From Candidatus Poribacteria bacterium (GTDB taxonomy: Bacteria > Poribacteria > WGA-4E > PCPOR2b): a stretch of DNA of 64,000 nucleotides. The notes below the pieces were generated by a model. It saw only the letters and a list, made by a program, of their open reading frames with translations. It did not search any database and was not told where the DNA came from. The DNA lies in NCBI GenBank assembly GCA_965198175.1, contig OZ240245.1, positions 320,001-384,000 on the forward strand, read 5' to 3'. The first letter of the stretch is position 1, and each line of letters opens with the position of its first letter. The translations under genes and the position numbers were made by a program. This document shows, in pieces, positions 20,012 through 30,168 of the stretch.

Positions 20012-20866
20012 CTATTGACTGTACCAGTTATGGATGACGTAAACCGGATCGGAAGTTATTTCAAGCCGAATCTTAGCGTTATCGGCATCCGCAGTGAACT
20101 CATTTCGTAGCGTATTCGGAACATTCGCATCCATATCTGGATCGACTCGCAGCCTTGCCAAATCCCAACGTAGATTCTCACTGCTTGCCACAACCACATG
20201 CGGGTACGCTGCAACTAGCGAGACCCGTTGTAATCCCTCGTTTTTTCGTTCTAAGGTCAAATCTGAAACCACAAAGTGAATCGTTTGGAAAACGTCCCGC
20301 ATTTCAGCACGGTAGGCATACCGAGAAACGGACAGCGTATCATCTATTCGGCCACCCAGATTCGCTAGCGATAGCGACCGGGTTGAGCTTATCGCTTTCA
20401 CCATTTTATTTGAAAACACCCCAAAACCGAAGCGCATGAGTTTCAAATTGCCAAGGAAGTGATCTGTTTCATACCCATTCGACTGAGGCAACCCGCCGTA
20501 GATGATTATCTGGGCGCAGTTGAATTCCTTTATTGCATAGGTCGCCGCCAATTGTCCATCTGTATAATCCTTGTCAACCAGACCAACCCACTCGCGGACG
20601 ACCTGCATGCCACCTGCTTGGAATTGCTCAATGCCGCTCGTAGCTTGAACCTCATCCAATGAATCGAGATCTCCGATGAGAACCGTTGGGGCAAACTGAG
20701 TGCCATAGGTCTGATTGACGTTATGAAAAAATTGCAACCCTGCATCAGCGCAGATCAGAGGGTATTTGTTCTCCAATCCCCACTCGATTTCCTGCCTGTA
20801 GAATTCAGGATAGCGAGAATCGTAATTACCGTTCAGAAAGATTAAGGCAGGTTTCATGTTGTGCAT
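20012..20866 (-). CDS. thiN: Thiamine pyrophosphokinase-like protein
   Basis: ICADAG, GDLDS, KDYTD, GG...DHFLGN motifs; divergent, with inserts. Confidence 0.7.
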   Translation of the reverse strand: MHNMKPALIFLNGNYDSRYPEFYRQEIEWGLENKYPLICADAGLQFFHNVNQTYGTQFAPTVLIGDLDSLDEVQATSGIEQFQAGGMQVVREWVGLVDKDYTDGQLAATYAIKEFNCAQIIIYGGLPQSNGYETDHFLGNLKLMRFGFGVFSNKMVKAISSTRSLSLANLGGRIDDTLSVSRYAYRAEMRDVFQTIHFVVSDLTLERKNEGLQRVSLVAAYPHVVVASSENLRWDLARLRVDPDMDANVPNTLRNEFTADADNAKIRLEITSDPVYVIHNWYSQ

Positions 20867-20967
20867 CTCGAACCGTTTTTCTCTGCCGACTTACAAATAC
20901 CATCGGGTATCACAAGTCAGGAAACGCAAGAAAAGCTGATATGGTAGAAAGGGAAGTTTCTGAAACC

Positions 20968-21085
20968 GATCAAGCAAACGAATAGATCAACCGAACGGAT
21001 AGTGAGGGCGATAGTTCTTCATAGAGATTTTAGGCGATAGGCTTCACTCACAAAACTATCACCCTCACTATCCGTTCGGTTGATC
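20968..21085. repeat. Palindromic element, family A
   Basis: gatcaaccgaacggatagtgagggcgatagtt ... aactatcaccctcactatccgttcggttgatc, with partially duplicated left arm. Confidence 0.85.
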
Positions 21086-21092
21086 CCTACAA

Positions 21093-21113
21093 ATACTCAC
21101 CGAAGGTGAGTAT
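21093..21113. other. Perfect 9-bp hairpin
   Basis: atactcacc-gaa-ggtgagtat in a divergent intergenic region; function unknown. Confidence 0.4.
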
Positions 21114-21325
21114 AGTATATCATATCTCGTCCTCAACTCAAGTTTTCTTGTTCGTTGGAACTAGTGGCCTAAAGACTTATAGGGCTGACTTAATTTCTGT
21201 CAATCGGATTTACACCGTCGCTCTCTGAACCTAGTGCGCCGCTAGAATTGTCCCTTTGATTTCCAATCGAAATAGAGGACAAGGCAACTCCCACTTGGTT
21301 CGCTAGACATTGAAAGGGGAAAGGA

Positions 21326-22468
21326 TTGTTATCCTGGGGTCGCAATTTTCAGTTATTGGCATGCGCTGTCTTTGGAACCGGCGTGTTTTTCGGCATCCAG
21401 ACGGCGCTTTTTTACAACTTTATTGTGGATCGAATCGGTATTGATTCCGTTGAATTGGGCTATATGGAATCGCTGCGAGAAGTTCCCGGCTTTCTCAATG
21501 CGTTCTTTACAGCCATTACAATCTATTTTGCACCACCGATTCTCAGTGGGTTTGCCCTCATCATCATGGGGTTTGGGATAGCAGCATACTCGCAAGCAAA
21601 TTTATTCCCGGAAGTACTCATCTACTCGTTTATATGGAGCATCGGGTTTCACGCATGGCTGCCCTTACGCGGAGCAATGACGCTTGCATACTCAAAAGGG
21701 CATGAGAAGGGTAAATGGCTTGGTCAATTGAGAAGTGTGGAAAGCTTTGCCACACTAGGAGCAATTTTTCTGTGTTTGTTCGGTGTGAAAGCCTTAGAGT
21801 TTGAAGGACTGTTCCAAATTGGCGGCGGGATGGTTGCCATCGGTGGTGTTGTATTGATGTTCGCTTCGCGTCAGTTGCAAGCCGAGCGCGAGCATCGGCT
21901 TGTACTAAGGAAACGCTATTGGCTCTATTATCTGTTGTCCTTCCTTCAAGGGTGCCGCAGGCAGATTTTCATTACATTTGCGATTTTCGCGCTTGTCAAA
22001 GTGTATGGCACCGATAGAAGCTTAATTATTAGACTGGTTCTGATTAATCAGGTCGTAGTTCTGGTCGTTGCCCCAATTGCAGGTCGGCTTATTGACAAGC
22101 TTGGCGAACGCAGAATGTTGAGTGCTAGTTATATCGGCTTGTTTTTCGTGTTTATAGGTTACGCAGTCTTCAAAAATGCAAATCACTTGTACATACTCTA
22201 CTGTATTGATAATTTCTTGTTTATTGGGGGAATCGCGCTAACCACTTACCTGAACAAAATCGCGCCGAAAAGCGATCTCAAGCCAACGCTTGCAATGGGG
22301 GTAACAATGAACCATATTGCTGCGGTGGCTGTTCCGTTAATCGGCGGACTAGCATGGAAACAATTTGGCTATCAAATCATCTTCATAGGCGGTGCAATTT
22401 TCGTATTAATCTCGCTGATAGCCACACAATGGATTAAAACAACACGAAGCAGCGCCAATTGCCAGTGA
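21326..22468 (+). CDS. MFS transporter
   Basis: Multiple TM helices, GRLIDKLGER motif A. Confidence 0.9.
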   Translation: MLSWGRNFQLLACAVFGTGVFFGIQTALFYNFIVDRIGIDSVELGYMESLREVPGFLNAFFTAITIYFAPPILSGFALIIMGFGIAAYSQANLFPEVLIYSFIWSIGFHAWLPLRGAMTLAYSKGHEKGKWLGQLRSVESFATLGAIFLCLFGVKALEFEGLFQIGGGMVAIGGVVLMFASRQLQAEREHRLVLRKRYWLYYLLSFLQGCRRQIFITFAIFALVKVYGTDRSLIIRLVLINQVVVLVVAPIAGRLIDKLGERRMLSASYIGLFFVFIGYAVFKNANHLYILYCIDNFLFIGGIALTTYLNKIAPKSDLKPTLAMGVTMNHIAAVAVPLIGGLAWKQFGYQIIFIGGAIFVLISLIATQWIKTTRSSANCQ

Positions 22469-22496
22469 CTAGTGGAGAGTGACTAGCCACTGTCTT

Positions 22497-23594
22497 TCAG
22501 TCAAGGATTTTTATATTCCCGAATCTATCAGTAGTGGCGACGCCCCCGCCGTGTTCATCGATGCCGAGTGTCGCCCGCGATTCGCCTTCTTTGCCAAACG
22601 CATCGACACGTCCGCCGTGTTCAGCGGTGCCGAGTATCGCCTGCGGTTCGCCATCTTTGCCAAACGCAGCGACAGCCCCGCCGTGTTCAGCGGTGCCGAG
22701 TATCGCCTGCAATTTGCCTTCTTTGCCAAACGCAGTGAAAGCCCCGCCGTGGTCATCGATGCCGAGTATCGCCTGCGCTGCGCCATCTTTGCCAAACGCA
22801 TAGACGCCCCCGCCGTGTTCATCGGTGTAGAGCTGCGCTGCCAACTTACCATCTTTGCCATGGACACTGACAGCCCCGCCGTGTTCTTCAATACCGAGCA
22901 ACACAAACGATTTGCCATCTTTGCCAAACGCAGTGAAAGCCCCGCCGTCTTCATTGATGCCGAGTGCCGCCTGCGCTGCGCCATCTTTGCCATACGCATA
23001 GACAGCCCCGCCGTCTTCAGCGATGCCGAGTACCGCCTGCGCTGCGCCATCTTTGCCATACGCATAGACAGCCCCGCCGTCTTCAGCGATGCCGAGTACC
23101 GCCTGCGCTGCGCTATCTTTGCCATACGCATGGACAGCCCCGCCGTGTTCATTGGTGGCGAGTTTCACTGCCAACTTACCATCTTTGTCAAACGCAGCGA
23201 CGCCCCCGCCCTGTTCATCGGTGTAGAGCTGCGCTGCCAACTTACCATCTTTGCCATGGACACGGACAGTCCCGCCGTGTTCACCGATGCCGAGCATCGC
23301 CCGCGGTTCGCCATCTTTGCCATACGCCTCGACACGTCCGCCACTTTCATCGCCTATGATACGCACCCTTCTTACGTTGTCATCAACCAATGCGTCCACC
23401 AGGCGGCTCGCATGGACATCGGTGCTGAGAATCACCCTCGCGTTACCGTCCGCATCAACGACCTCTAGCCTACGACACTGGATTGTGTCAAACTTATCAT
23501 TTTGCGCCGTGCCGGACGACACCACCAACGCCGTGATTATACTGCCTACAATACCGCCAATGATACCGCTGATAACCTGATGTTTCGTGTTCAT
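22497..23594 (-). CDS. Membrane-anchored protein with ~13 tandem 22-aa beta-rich repeats
   Basis: AGGAG RBS, N-terminal hydrophobic helix, repeat GGAVxAxGKDGxxxAxLGxxEH (66-nt unit). Confidence 0.8.
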   Translation of the reverse strand: MNTKHQVISGIIGGIVGSIITALVVSSGTAQNDKFDTIQCRRLEVVDADGNARVILSTDVHASRLVDALVDDNVRRVRIIGDESGGRVEAYGKDGEPRAMLGIGEHGGTVRVHGKDGKLAAQLYTDEQGGGVAAFDKDGKLAVKLATNEHGGAVHAYGKDSAAQAVLGIAEDGGAVYAYGKDGAAQAVLGIAEDGGAVYAYGKDGAAQAALGINEDGGAFTAFGKDGKSFVLLGIEEHGGAVSVHGKDGKLAAQLYTDEHGGGVYAFGKDGAAQAILGIDDHGGAFTAFGKEGKLQAILGTAEHGGAVAAFGKDGEPQAILGTAEHGGRVDAFGKEGESRATLGIDEHGGGVATTDRFGNIKILD

Positions 23595-23679
23595 TGTAAT
23601 CTCCTTTTGGGTTGTTTATAGTCGATACGTTCAAGAAAAAACTCGGTTTCAAATTACAGGGCGGGGAAACCTCTGATTC

Positions 23680-26600
23680 TCACTGAAATTCTCCACGCAC
23701 CGTCACTGAACTCGCTATTGATAAGAAGTCTTGCCCCTCCTCGACATGATCGTTGTTATAGCTGAGACCGAGGTTCAGATTCGCACTCAGGCGCGTGCTT
23801 AGGTTGTACCGTGTACGTAAAGTTGTCTCGTATCGTTCCGATCTCTCCTCCCGATTCGCCCCGAAGTTCTCCCGACGGATAACTGTCGAGAAGGTATTCG
23901 TGAGATCCAGATCGTGCTTGAGAGGAATTCGGCCGAGAATCGGTATTGGAAGTCCCCCTTCTAATCGAAGCCGGTAATCGATGCTGAGATTCGGCGTGAT
24001 AATCAGTGTGGAAGCGTTAATGCCGTTGCTGCGCACCTGATCTCGCATTGTCATGCGAACGCCGAGCGTAGCCTTCGTTGACGCCCCCAGTGATTGACTC
24101 CAACTGATGGATGGTTCTTGTGAGACACTTTCGTTAATCGTCGTATTGATGTTGCTTTGATCGCGCTGCGTATAGCGGTATCTTAACTGAAAGCTGGAGG
24201 TATTGCTGGCATTGAACAGCTTGATGTCTCCTTCATAGCTTGTGGTTTGGGTGTCAGATGAAGTGCTTAGCGATTTCGTAAAACCGATGTTGCGGGAGAT
24301 GTTTGTGCCGAGCGACACCCACGTCCATGGATCGACCGAAGTGCGTAATCCGTAGCGATTTCTCTGCCGAGATTGGGTACGTTCCTCTGTGTCATCTGGG
24401 AGTTCCAGAATATCTCGAATTGAGGTCCCCGGAGGGAGTCCCCGGAGGGAGTCTTGCGTATCAAAACTAACATCAGCATTTAACGCAAGACTCTCCATAC
24501 TTCTACGAAGTAGACTGAATTGTCCTTTGCCCTGTTTGCCCTGCCTCTCCTTAAGCTTGCGTTCTAGTTCAGCTTTGTCTCGGGAAATCCAATCTCCTCT
24601 TTGGCTCTCCGCCTCTTCAATCATCTCCATATCAACATCCATACGTTCAAGTCGTTCGAGCTCGCGTTGTCGTTTCTCTTCCAATTGTACCTCTTCTTCA
24701 AAGCTGTCGAGCGTCCCTTGGCTTTCGCCCTCGTCAACCTCTTCGATATCCGGCTCCCGGAACAACCACCCGAACCATACCCTTGGGCGTATGCTGAGAC
24801 CAAAGCGGATATTCGCGTTGATTCGGGCGTTCTTCTGATTGTGAAACCAGTCTTCACGAAAACTGATGCGATTGTTGATTGTCGGGCGCATGCCAAAAAA
24901 ATCGCGGTTCAAGCGTGGGTTTAGAGAAAGCCGATGTTCACGGCCGCCAATGGTAAACTCCGGTTTGGATTCAGGGGACTCAGGTTCGGGCGTCACCGTT
25001 GGGTCAGTTGTTGTTGAATCTATTTCTGTCGTTGGGGTTGTTTGGAACGGCGTTCCAAAACTAGCGGGACTGAATCCACTTGTGCGCTGGAGATTGTCAT
25101 CGCGCCTTTCGAGTGTACGGCGAATCTCGTATGTCGGATTCAGGCTAAAACTTGCAACCGGACTGATATTGATCGAGATCGAACCGCTGTCAACTTTTTC
25201 ATCTCGGTTACGACCGTAACCATAACCAGAAGATGAAAAGCTACTACCGCCGGTTTCTGTTGCCGTTGATGGATCGACCTCAACATCTTCGTGTCGGTAT
25301 TGCACATCAAGCCCAATTATTTGGCTGAGACCGTATTGGAACGTGGAGGTATAGAGATCACTAATCTCAGTCCCCTGACGTTCGTTCCAGAAGTTCTGTC
25401 GATTATGCGCAAAACCTAAGGCAGGCAAGAATCGGTGCGGATTAAAGCGCGCGGACAAATCACGGTTATGCGTTCTGTTTTTCCCACTTTGAAAAGAGCT
25501 AAACGATCCACGGCGGCTTTCTGTCTCAGATTCCTGTTCGCGGATGGAGTAAGTAATTGGCAGCCAGCGAAAGAGATGGAGATCGGCATCAATATTGTAG
25601 TCGTTACTGGTTGTGCTGAACCCTAAATCCTGTCGACGTTGACGTCCTGTTTCTCCGGATGAACTTTCAAAATCTTTGTCTTGTCTTGCAAACCCGCCGC
25701 GGACACTGAGAATGGGACCAAGCTCAATTGACATGTTGGCGCGCCGCGCCCATCCCGACCGAACTAGTGGGTTACTCAGGTGGATTTCGTTAACCCAAAC
25801 TTCTCCACCAACCTCATGTTCCGTGTCGTTGCGAATGCCGACCAGAATACCGCCGATGCTCTTAATTGAGAGTTGAGAACTGTTTGTCCCGCGGACGACA
25901 AGCCCATCTGGATGACCATCGGTTTTGTTTGAATCTGTTTGCTCCTCCATCTCCTCCCCGGTGCTGTCAGGCGAAATTCCCTCCTGTTGAGCGGGTAAGT
26001 TTAAATCTGGGTATTCATTCCGTTTCACGTCCTCCAAATCGATTTCAATCAGTTCCCAACCTTCAAAATCAATCACGCGAGTATATTCGTAAAAGTCGTT
26101 AAGATTCTCAAAGATATTCACTCCTTCCTCTGGCTGCTGATTCGGATCATCAAAAGGACTCGATGAATACAAGGATGAGCGGTAATTGGTGCGAATGCTC
26201 GGCGCCAACCGCATCACGAACGTCGAGTGACTCTTGTCGCCATAGATCCACAACTTGAGTTTATCATGTTTTGAGAAATCTTGTCCCTCACCTTGCCGGA
26301 GTCCACGCAACTTCTGCGAAGTGACACCGAAAGAACCCGGAAGTAAATTGTAGTTTAACGCCAGTGTTTGTTCGCGCTGCTCCTGCTGGAAACCAAAGAC
26401 ACTGCTGGAAACGAAAGGATGGAGCTTCTTAAATGCCTTGTTGTCTTTAATCTGCTCGTAGGCGTCTTGATAATCATCAAAGTTATAGTTGTCTTTTGTG
26501 GCGACATTAAACACCTCTGTTGTGTCGGTAACAACGTTGCCCTGCCGAGTTACAACGCCCTGTTGCCATTGGTTTCCTACAAGCTCGATCGAAGCCCACT

Positions 26601-29600
26601 CGATAGTCCCACTAACAGTGCCGGGGTTGTTCTTCCGCAGCCAAAAACGGAGGTGTTGCACAAACCCGAGGTTCGGGAGACGGTTGCCTTCAGAGGTCGC
26701 TTCGCGCAGCGGGATGCTCAAGAATGTCCAACCACTCCGATTACGCTTTTTGATCCACTCCTCCGGAATATCGTTCAACGGGATAGCAATCTCGAGGTAA
26801 GCGTCAATTGTGTCCAGTACCCCATCGCCGTTGAGATCTTCGGCATCGAACTCTTTATTTCCCGCGCCAACTCGCCTCGGCTGGAGCGAAGCATCATAAT
26901 CCCACCCTTCATCCTCGCCAGTGTCGAGCGATCCATTCGCACTGAATTTTTGGGATGGGAGCAAATTTTCCAGATCGAGGTCTAGCGTATCAACTTTCCC
27001 GTCCCCGTTCGTATCTTCCAGTTCCTTCGGGAGATCTTCGGAGTCGAGTCGGTTATCAAGATCGCTGTCCTCGCTGACAACGCCGAGATCGAGATATAAC
27101 GTCACATCATCATCGCCACGTACTCGCAGCCATATCTCCAATGCCTCTCGATCGGAAAAGTCAGCCCCTGAGGCTGAAAGTCCATAAGAAAATCCACCCC
27201 ACTCTTCAATGACATCTGTGAAATTATAACCGACTTCCATGACGAGGCGCTGTTCCGTCGATAGTGCGAAGGGGTTAATGGAGGATGCCGGCACGTCACG
27301 GTTCCGCATGTAATTGCCGACAGCTTTGGTATCGTCTTTATCTCTTAGCAGAACGCGAAAGAGGGCGCGATTCTCCGGCGTCAACTCTTCTATGAAGGGT
27401 GGACTACAGACGCGCCAACTATGCTTAAAGGTGGAGACGCTTGTCGCTTCTCTCGCACCTTCCATGCTATCAATCAACGCGACGCCGACGCTGTTGGGGT
27501 TGTTGTGGGAGAATGCTGTCTCGCCACTGAAATCAATTGACAGTGGAAAGTGCTTCACGGCAACAAACGGCATTGGATTCAACAGCCACGCCAGGTTGAA
27601 GCTTCGTCCGAAGCTCGTATTGATGTTAAAAGCTTGCAAACGATTAGGGGCATCGTTCACATCAGGAATACGACTCGGTTTTTGCCCTGTATTCAGAATA
27701 TAGCCTGTCGAGAGGCTAAATCCTTTTCGGAAAACCGGGTTAAAATAGGAGCTTGCGCCCGTGTGAAGCCGTCGTCGGGAACGTCCACCCAAGTTTGAGT
27801 AATCGCCGCCAAATCCACCACCAAAGCCGCCGCGCCCGAATTTATCGCCAAATCCGCCAAAGGAAGTTCCCCTGTCAAAGCGACTGCCCTCTTCACGTCT
27901 ATCATGCCCGCCGCTTAGCCGATCAAATCGATCAGATTGATCTTGTTCATCAGGTGTCTTGGACTTGAGAACGTAGGCATATTCCAACCAAACTCCAGCG
28001 ACAGTTTGCTGCAACGCGCTGCCGAAAGGAGTGCGTTCAAATTCAACTTCGATTTCGTCAAATTCATCGAGTTTAGTAAAGAAGCGGAGGCTCCCCACCT
28101 CATATATCATTGTGTAATCGATATCACGCCGCAGTTCGCGCCCGTTGAGGCGCACTTTTTCGCTGCCCGGAATTACAAAGAGACCCACGTTATGGGTTTC
28201 AGATTGGTAGGCGTAATCGCACACAATTGTATACACCTGATCGGTAGGGCGCGGATTTTCAAGATAGATCAGTTCGTTGTTCAGTTGATCGCGGAACGGA
28301 TAGTAGGGGTTGGTTGGATCGTCAATCACAAATGGTCGCAAGGTGGGAAAGATTAAGAGACCGCGATCGAAATCAATAAACTCCGGATCAACAACTCCAT
28401 CCCCGTTCTCGTCTAGTCCAAAGATTTGAATATAAGGAATCGGCCCGTCAGGCGTCTCGAACGCTTCACCGCCGCCCTGCTGCAAGATTGCAATCTGATA
28501 ATCGCGAGGGTTGATATTTCGGTTGCCGAGATTATACACACGCCGAGCTTCAGTTCCACGCAAGCTCTTATCTTTGAGAACCACGTAACCAATTGCTTCG
28601 CCCTCTTCATCAATGGAGCCATCGCCGTTTTCATCCTCAAAGACATTCCCCGGCTTACCTACCGCTCCGCCGCCATTCCCGAGATGCTCATAGGCAACGA
28701 CAATCCGGTAACTCGCCGAAATTGGCGTTAAGAATTCAATCTCTCCCGTTTCATAGTCGATGTTATAGTCCTGGCCCGGGAATTGGAGGTTGAAATATCC
28801 TTGCACTGTCCGCTGTCCGCCTTGGTTATTGCCCGCGACGTTATCATCAATGTAGATTTCTTCGCTCCCCTTTTTGATTGGAGGATAGGAGTCGTGGAGT
28901 AGACCATCTTCACCCAGTAAAATTGAGTAGAAACGCTCTTTAACGTAGTTCGCATCGGAAATCTGGACGCCGCCGCCATAACCCGATCCCGCACGCCTAG
29001 ATCGCCCACTGAGGCGACGTGTCTCAGAAATGCCCTTACTGCGCGAACCAAACGCCGTCATTTTGACACCACCAAGCGCCGCTACAGCTTCCAGCCCGAA
29101 TAAATTCCGGTTGACGTTCAGAAAACGGGTATTGGGAAGATTCAGCGTAATATCGCCAAAAGAGAGTGTTTTGAGGATGTTGTCCTGTCCGCCCTCGTAC
29201 CAAACGCGAATTTTTTGTTCCTTTGCGCCGCCGAATCCGCCGCTATAGCCGCCGTACCCGCCATAACCGCCGCCCAACGCATCGCCCGAATCGCTATAAT
29301 CGACCTCCACGTGTGTATGTCTCCCGACGCGACCGTGTAGACCAACCTGTAGGGTTTGCCGGATAGTTGGCCCAGAGGCGCGAGGCACACCCCCAAAGCG
29401 AGTCGTCCCAAACCCGCCAAGTCCACTGCCGTAGCCTCCACCATAACCGCCACTCCCATAGCCTCCGCCGAACCCACCCCCGAAATCGTTATAATTATCG
29501 TAGCTGTAGGAAGAGTTCAATCCAAGATCGAGCCCTGAACCGAAACCGCCTTGGTACGAGCCCCCGAAGCGGTTAATGTCGCCCTGACCGAAGTAGTGCG

Positions 29601-30168
29601 TATGATTCATTTCAACGGTCACCGATTTATGTCCCGTAATCTGGAGGGTAGAATTCAAGGGCAGTACTAACCCTTTCTCCTTCTTGTCTGACTTGCTATC
29701 GCGCATACGATACAAATCTCGAGGTTCAATCGTGAAGGGAGAATTCTTCCACCGCCGCAACGCTTCAAGGTATGGCGTCACCATTTCTAGGGTTGGTTCT
29801 TTTTTCAGTGTGGTTTCAAGTTTTGCGTCTACTTTCCATGGATCTACCCATGTTTCGCGCGTGGATATATGCTTTCTGAAAAAATCGAGTGCGGGCGCCG
29901 TACTTTCCGAAGATGATTCAAAATCCTGCGTCACTGATTCACTAGCCCCTTCGCCTTCGAAGGCTTGTGTCGTACCCTCAGATTTCTCCTCCTTGTCATT
30001 TGACAGCGCCGATCGGAGTTCTAAATAGCGATGTGTTAATGCAGCATCTTTGCGGACGGGCTCCGCGAAGGCATAGGAGGAAGCGGAGATAACTAAAATC
30101 ACTCCAGAAGCGATAAGGGCGAAGCGTGGAAAGGCACGTACCGAGATGGGATTTATTATTACCTTCAT
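23680..30168 (-). CDS. sprA: SprA/Sov-family giant outer-membrane translocon (T9SS-like)
   Basis: GDITLNL..LFGL, VYNLG, GSEKVRLNG..L....DY, NPN..GVALIDSMEG, LDLG.VSED, EDLNGDG.LD, IELVGNQW, GEVWVNE....GWA; beta-strand C-terminus ending GEFQ. Confidence 0.8.
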   Translation of the reverse strand: MKVIINPISVRAFPRFALIASGVILVISASSYAFAEPVRKDAALTHRYLELRSALSNDKEEKSEGTTQAFEGEGASESVTQDFESSSESTAPALDFFRKHISTRETWVDPWKVDAKLETTLKKEPTLEMVTPYLEALRRWKNSPFTIEPRDLYRMRDSKSDKKEKGLVLPLNSTLQITGHKSVTVEMNHTHYFGQGDINRFGGSYQGGFGSGLDLGLNSSYSYDNYNDFGGGFGGGYGSGGYGGGYGSGLGGFGTTRFGGVPRASGPTIRQTLQVGLHGRVGRHTHVEVDYSDSGDALGGGYGGYGGYSGGFGGAKEQKIRVWYEGGQDNILKTLSFGDITLNLPNTRFLNVNRNLFGLEAVAALGGVKMTAFGSRSKGISETRRLSGRSRRAGSGYGGGVQISDANYVKERFYSILLGEDGLLHDSYPPIKKGSEEIYIDDNVAGNNQGGQRTVQGYFNLQFPGQDYNIDYETGEIEFLTPISASYRIVVAYEHLGNGGGAVGKPGNVFEDENGDGSIDEEGEAIGYVVLKDKSLRGTEARRVYNLGNRNINPRDYQIAILQQGGGEAFETPDGPIPYIQIFGLDENGDGVVDPEFIDFDRGLLIFPTLRPFVIDDPTNPYYPFRDQLNNELIYLENPRPTDQVYTIVCDYAYQSETHNVGLFVIPGSEKVRLNGRELRRDIDYTMIYEVGSLRFFTKLDEFDEIEVEFERTPFGSALQQTVAGVWLEYAYVLKSKTPDEQDQSDRFDRLSGGHDRREEGSRFDRGTSFGGFGDKFGRGGFGGGFGGDYSNLGGRSRRRLHTGASSYFNPVFRKGFSLSTGYILNTGQKPSRIPDVNDAPNRLQAFNINTSFGRSFNLAWLLNPMPFVAVKHFPLSIDFSGETAFSHNNPNSVGVALIDSMEGAREATSVSTFKHSWRVCSPPFIEELTPENRALFRVLLRDKDDTKAVGNYMRNRDVPASSINPFALSTEQRLVMEVGYNFTDVIEEWGGFSYGLSASGADFSDREALEIWLRVRGDDDVTLYLDLGVVSEDSDLDNRLDSEDLPKELEDTNGDGKVDTLDLDLENLLPSQKFSANGSLDTGEDEGWDYDASLQPRRVGAGNKEFDAEDLNGDGVLDTIDAYLEIAIPLNDIPEEWIKKRNRSGWTFLSIPLREATSEGNRLPNLGFVQHLRFWLRKNNPGTVSGTIEWASIELVGNQWQQGVVTRQGNVVTDTTEVFNVATKDNYNFDDYQDAYEQIKDNKAFKKLHPFVSSSVFGFQQEQREQTLALNYNLLPGSFGVTSQKLRGLRQGEGQDFSKHDKLKLWIYGDKSHSTFVMRLAPSIRTNYRSSLYSSSPFDDPNQQPEEGVNIFENLNDFYEYTRVIDFEGWELIEIDLEDVKRNEYPDLNLPAQQEGISPDSTGEEMEEQTDSNKTDGHPDGLVVRGTNSSQLSIKSIGGILVGIRNDTEHEVGGEVWVNEIHLSNPLVRSGWARRANMSIELGPILSVRGGFARQDKDFESSSGETGRQRRQDLGFSTTSNDYNIDADLHLFRWLPITYSIREQESETESRRGSFSSFQSGKNRTHNRDLSARFNPHRFLPALGFAHNRQNFWNERQGTEISDLYTSTFQYGLSQIIGLDVQYRHEDVEVDPSTATETGGSSFSSSGYGYGRNRDEKVDSGSISINISPVASFSLNPTYEIRRTLERRDDNLQRTSGFSPASFGTPFQTTPTTEIDSTTTDPTVTPEPESPESKPEFTIGGREHRLSLNPRLNRDFFGMRPTINNRISFREDWFHNQKNARINANIRFGLSIRPRVWFGWLFREPDIEEVDEGESQGTLDSFEEEVQLEEKRQRELERLERMDVDMEMIEEAESQRGDWISRDKAELERKLKERQGKQGKGQFSLLRRSMESLALNADVSFDTQDSLRGLPPGTSIRDILELPDDTEERTQSRQRNRYGLRTSVDPWTWVSLGTNISRNIGFTKSLSTSSDTQTTSYEGDIKLFNASNTSSFQLRYRYTQRDQSNINTTINESVSQEPSISWSQSLGASTKATLGVRMTMRDQVRSNGINASTLIITPNLSIDYRLRLEGGLPIPILGRIPLKHDLDLTNTFSTVIRRENFGANREERSERYETTLRTRYNLSTRLSANLNLGLSYNNDHVEEGQDFLSIASSVTVRGEFQ

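Noticed and set aside
22530..23350. Regular repeats resembling a CRISPR array
   Set aside because: Contiguous in-frame coding repeats without unique spacers; no cas genes.
22479..23468. 329-aa antisense ORF and a 213-aa alternate-frame ORF over the repeat gene
   Set aside because: A stop-free 66-nt unit propagates open frames; the minus-strand ORF has the RBS and membrane anchor.
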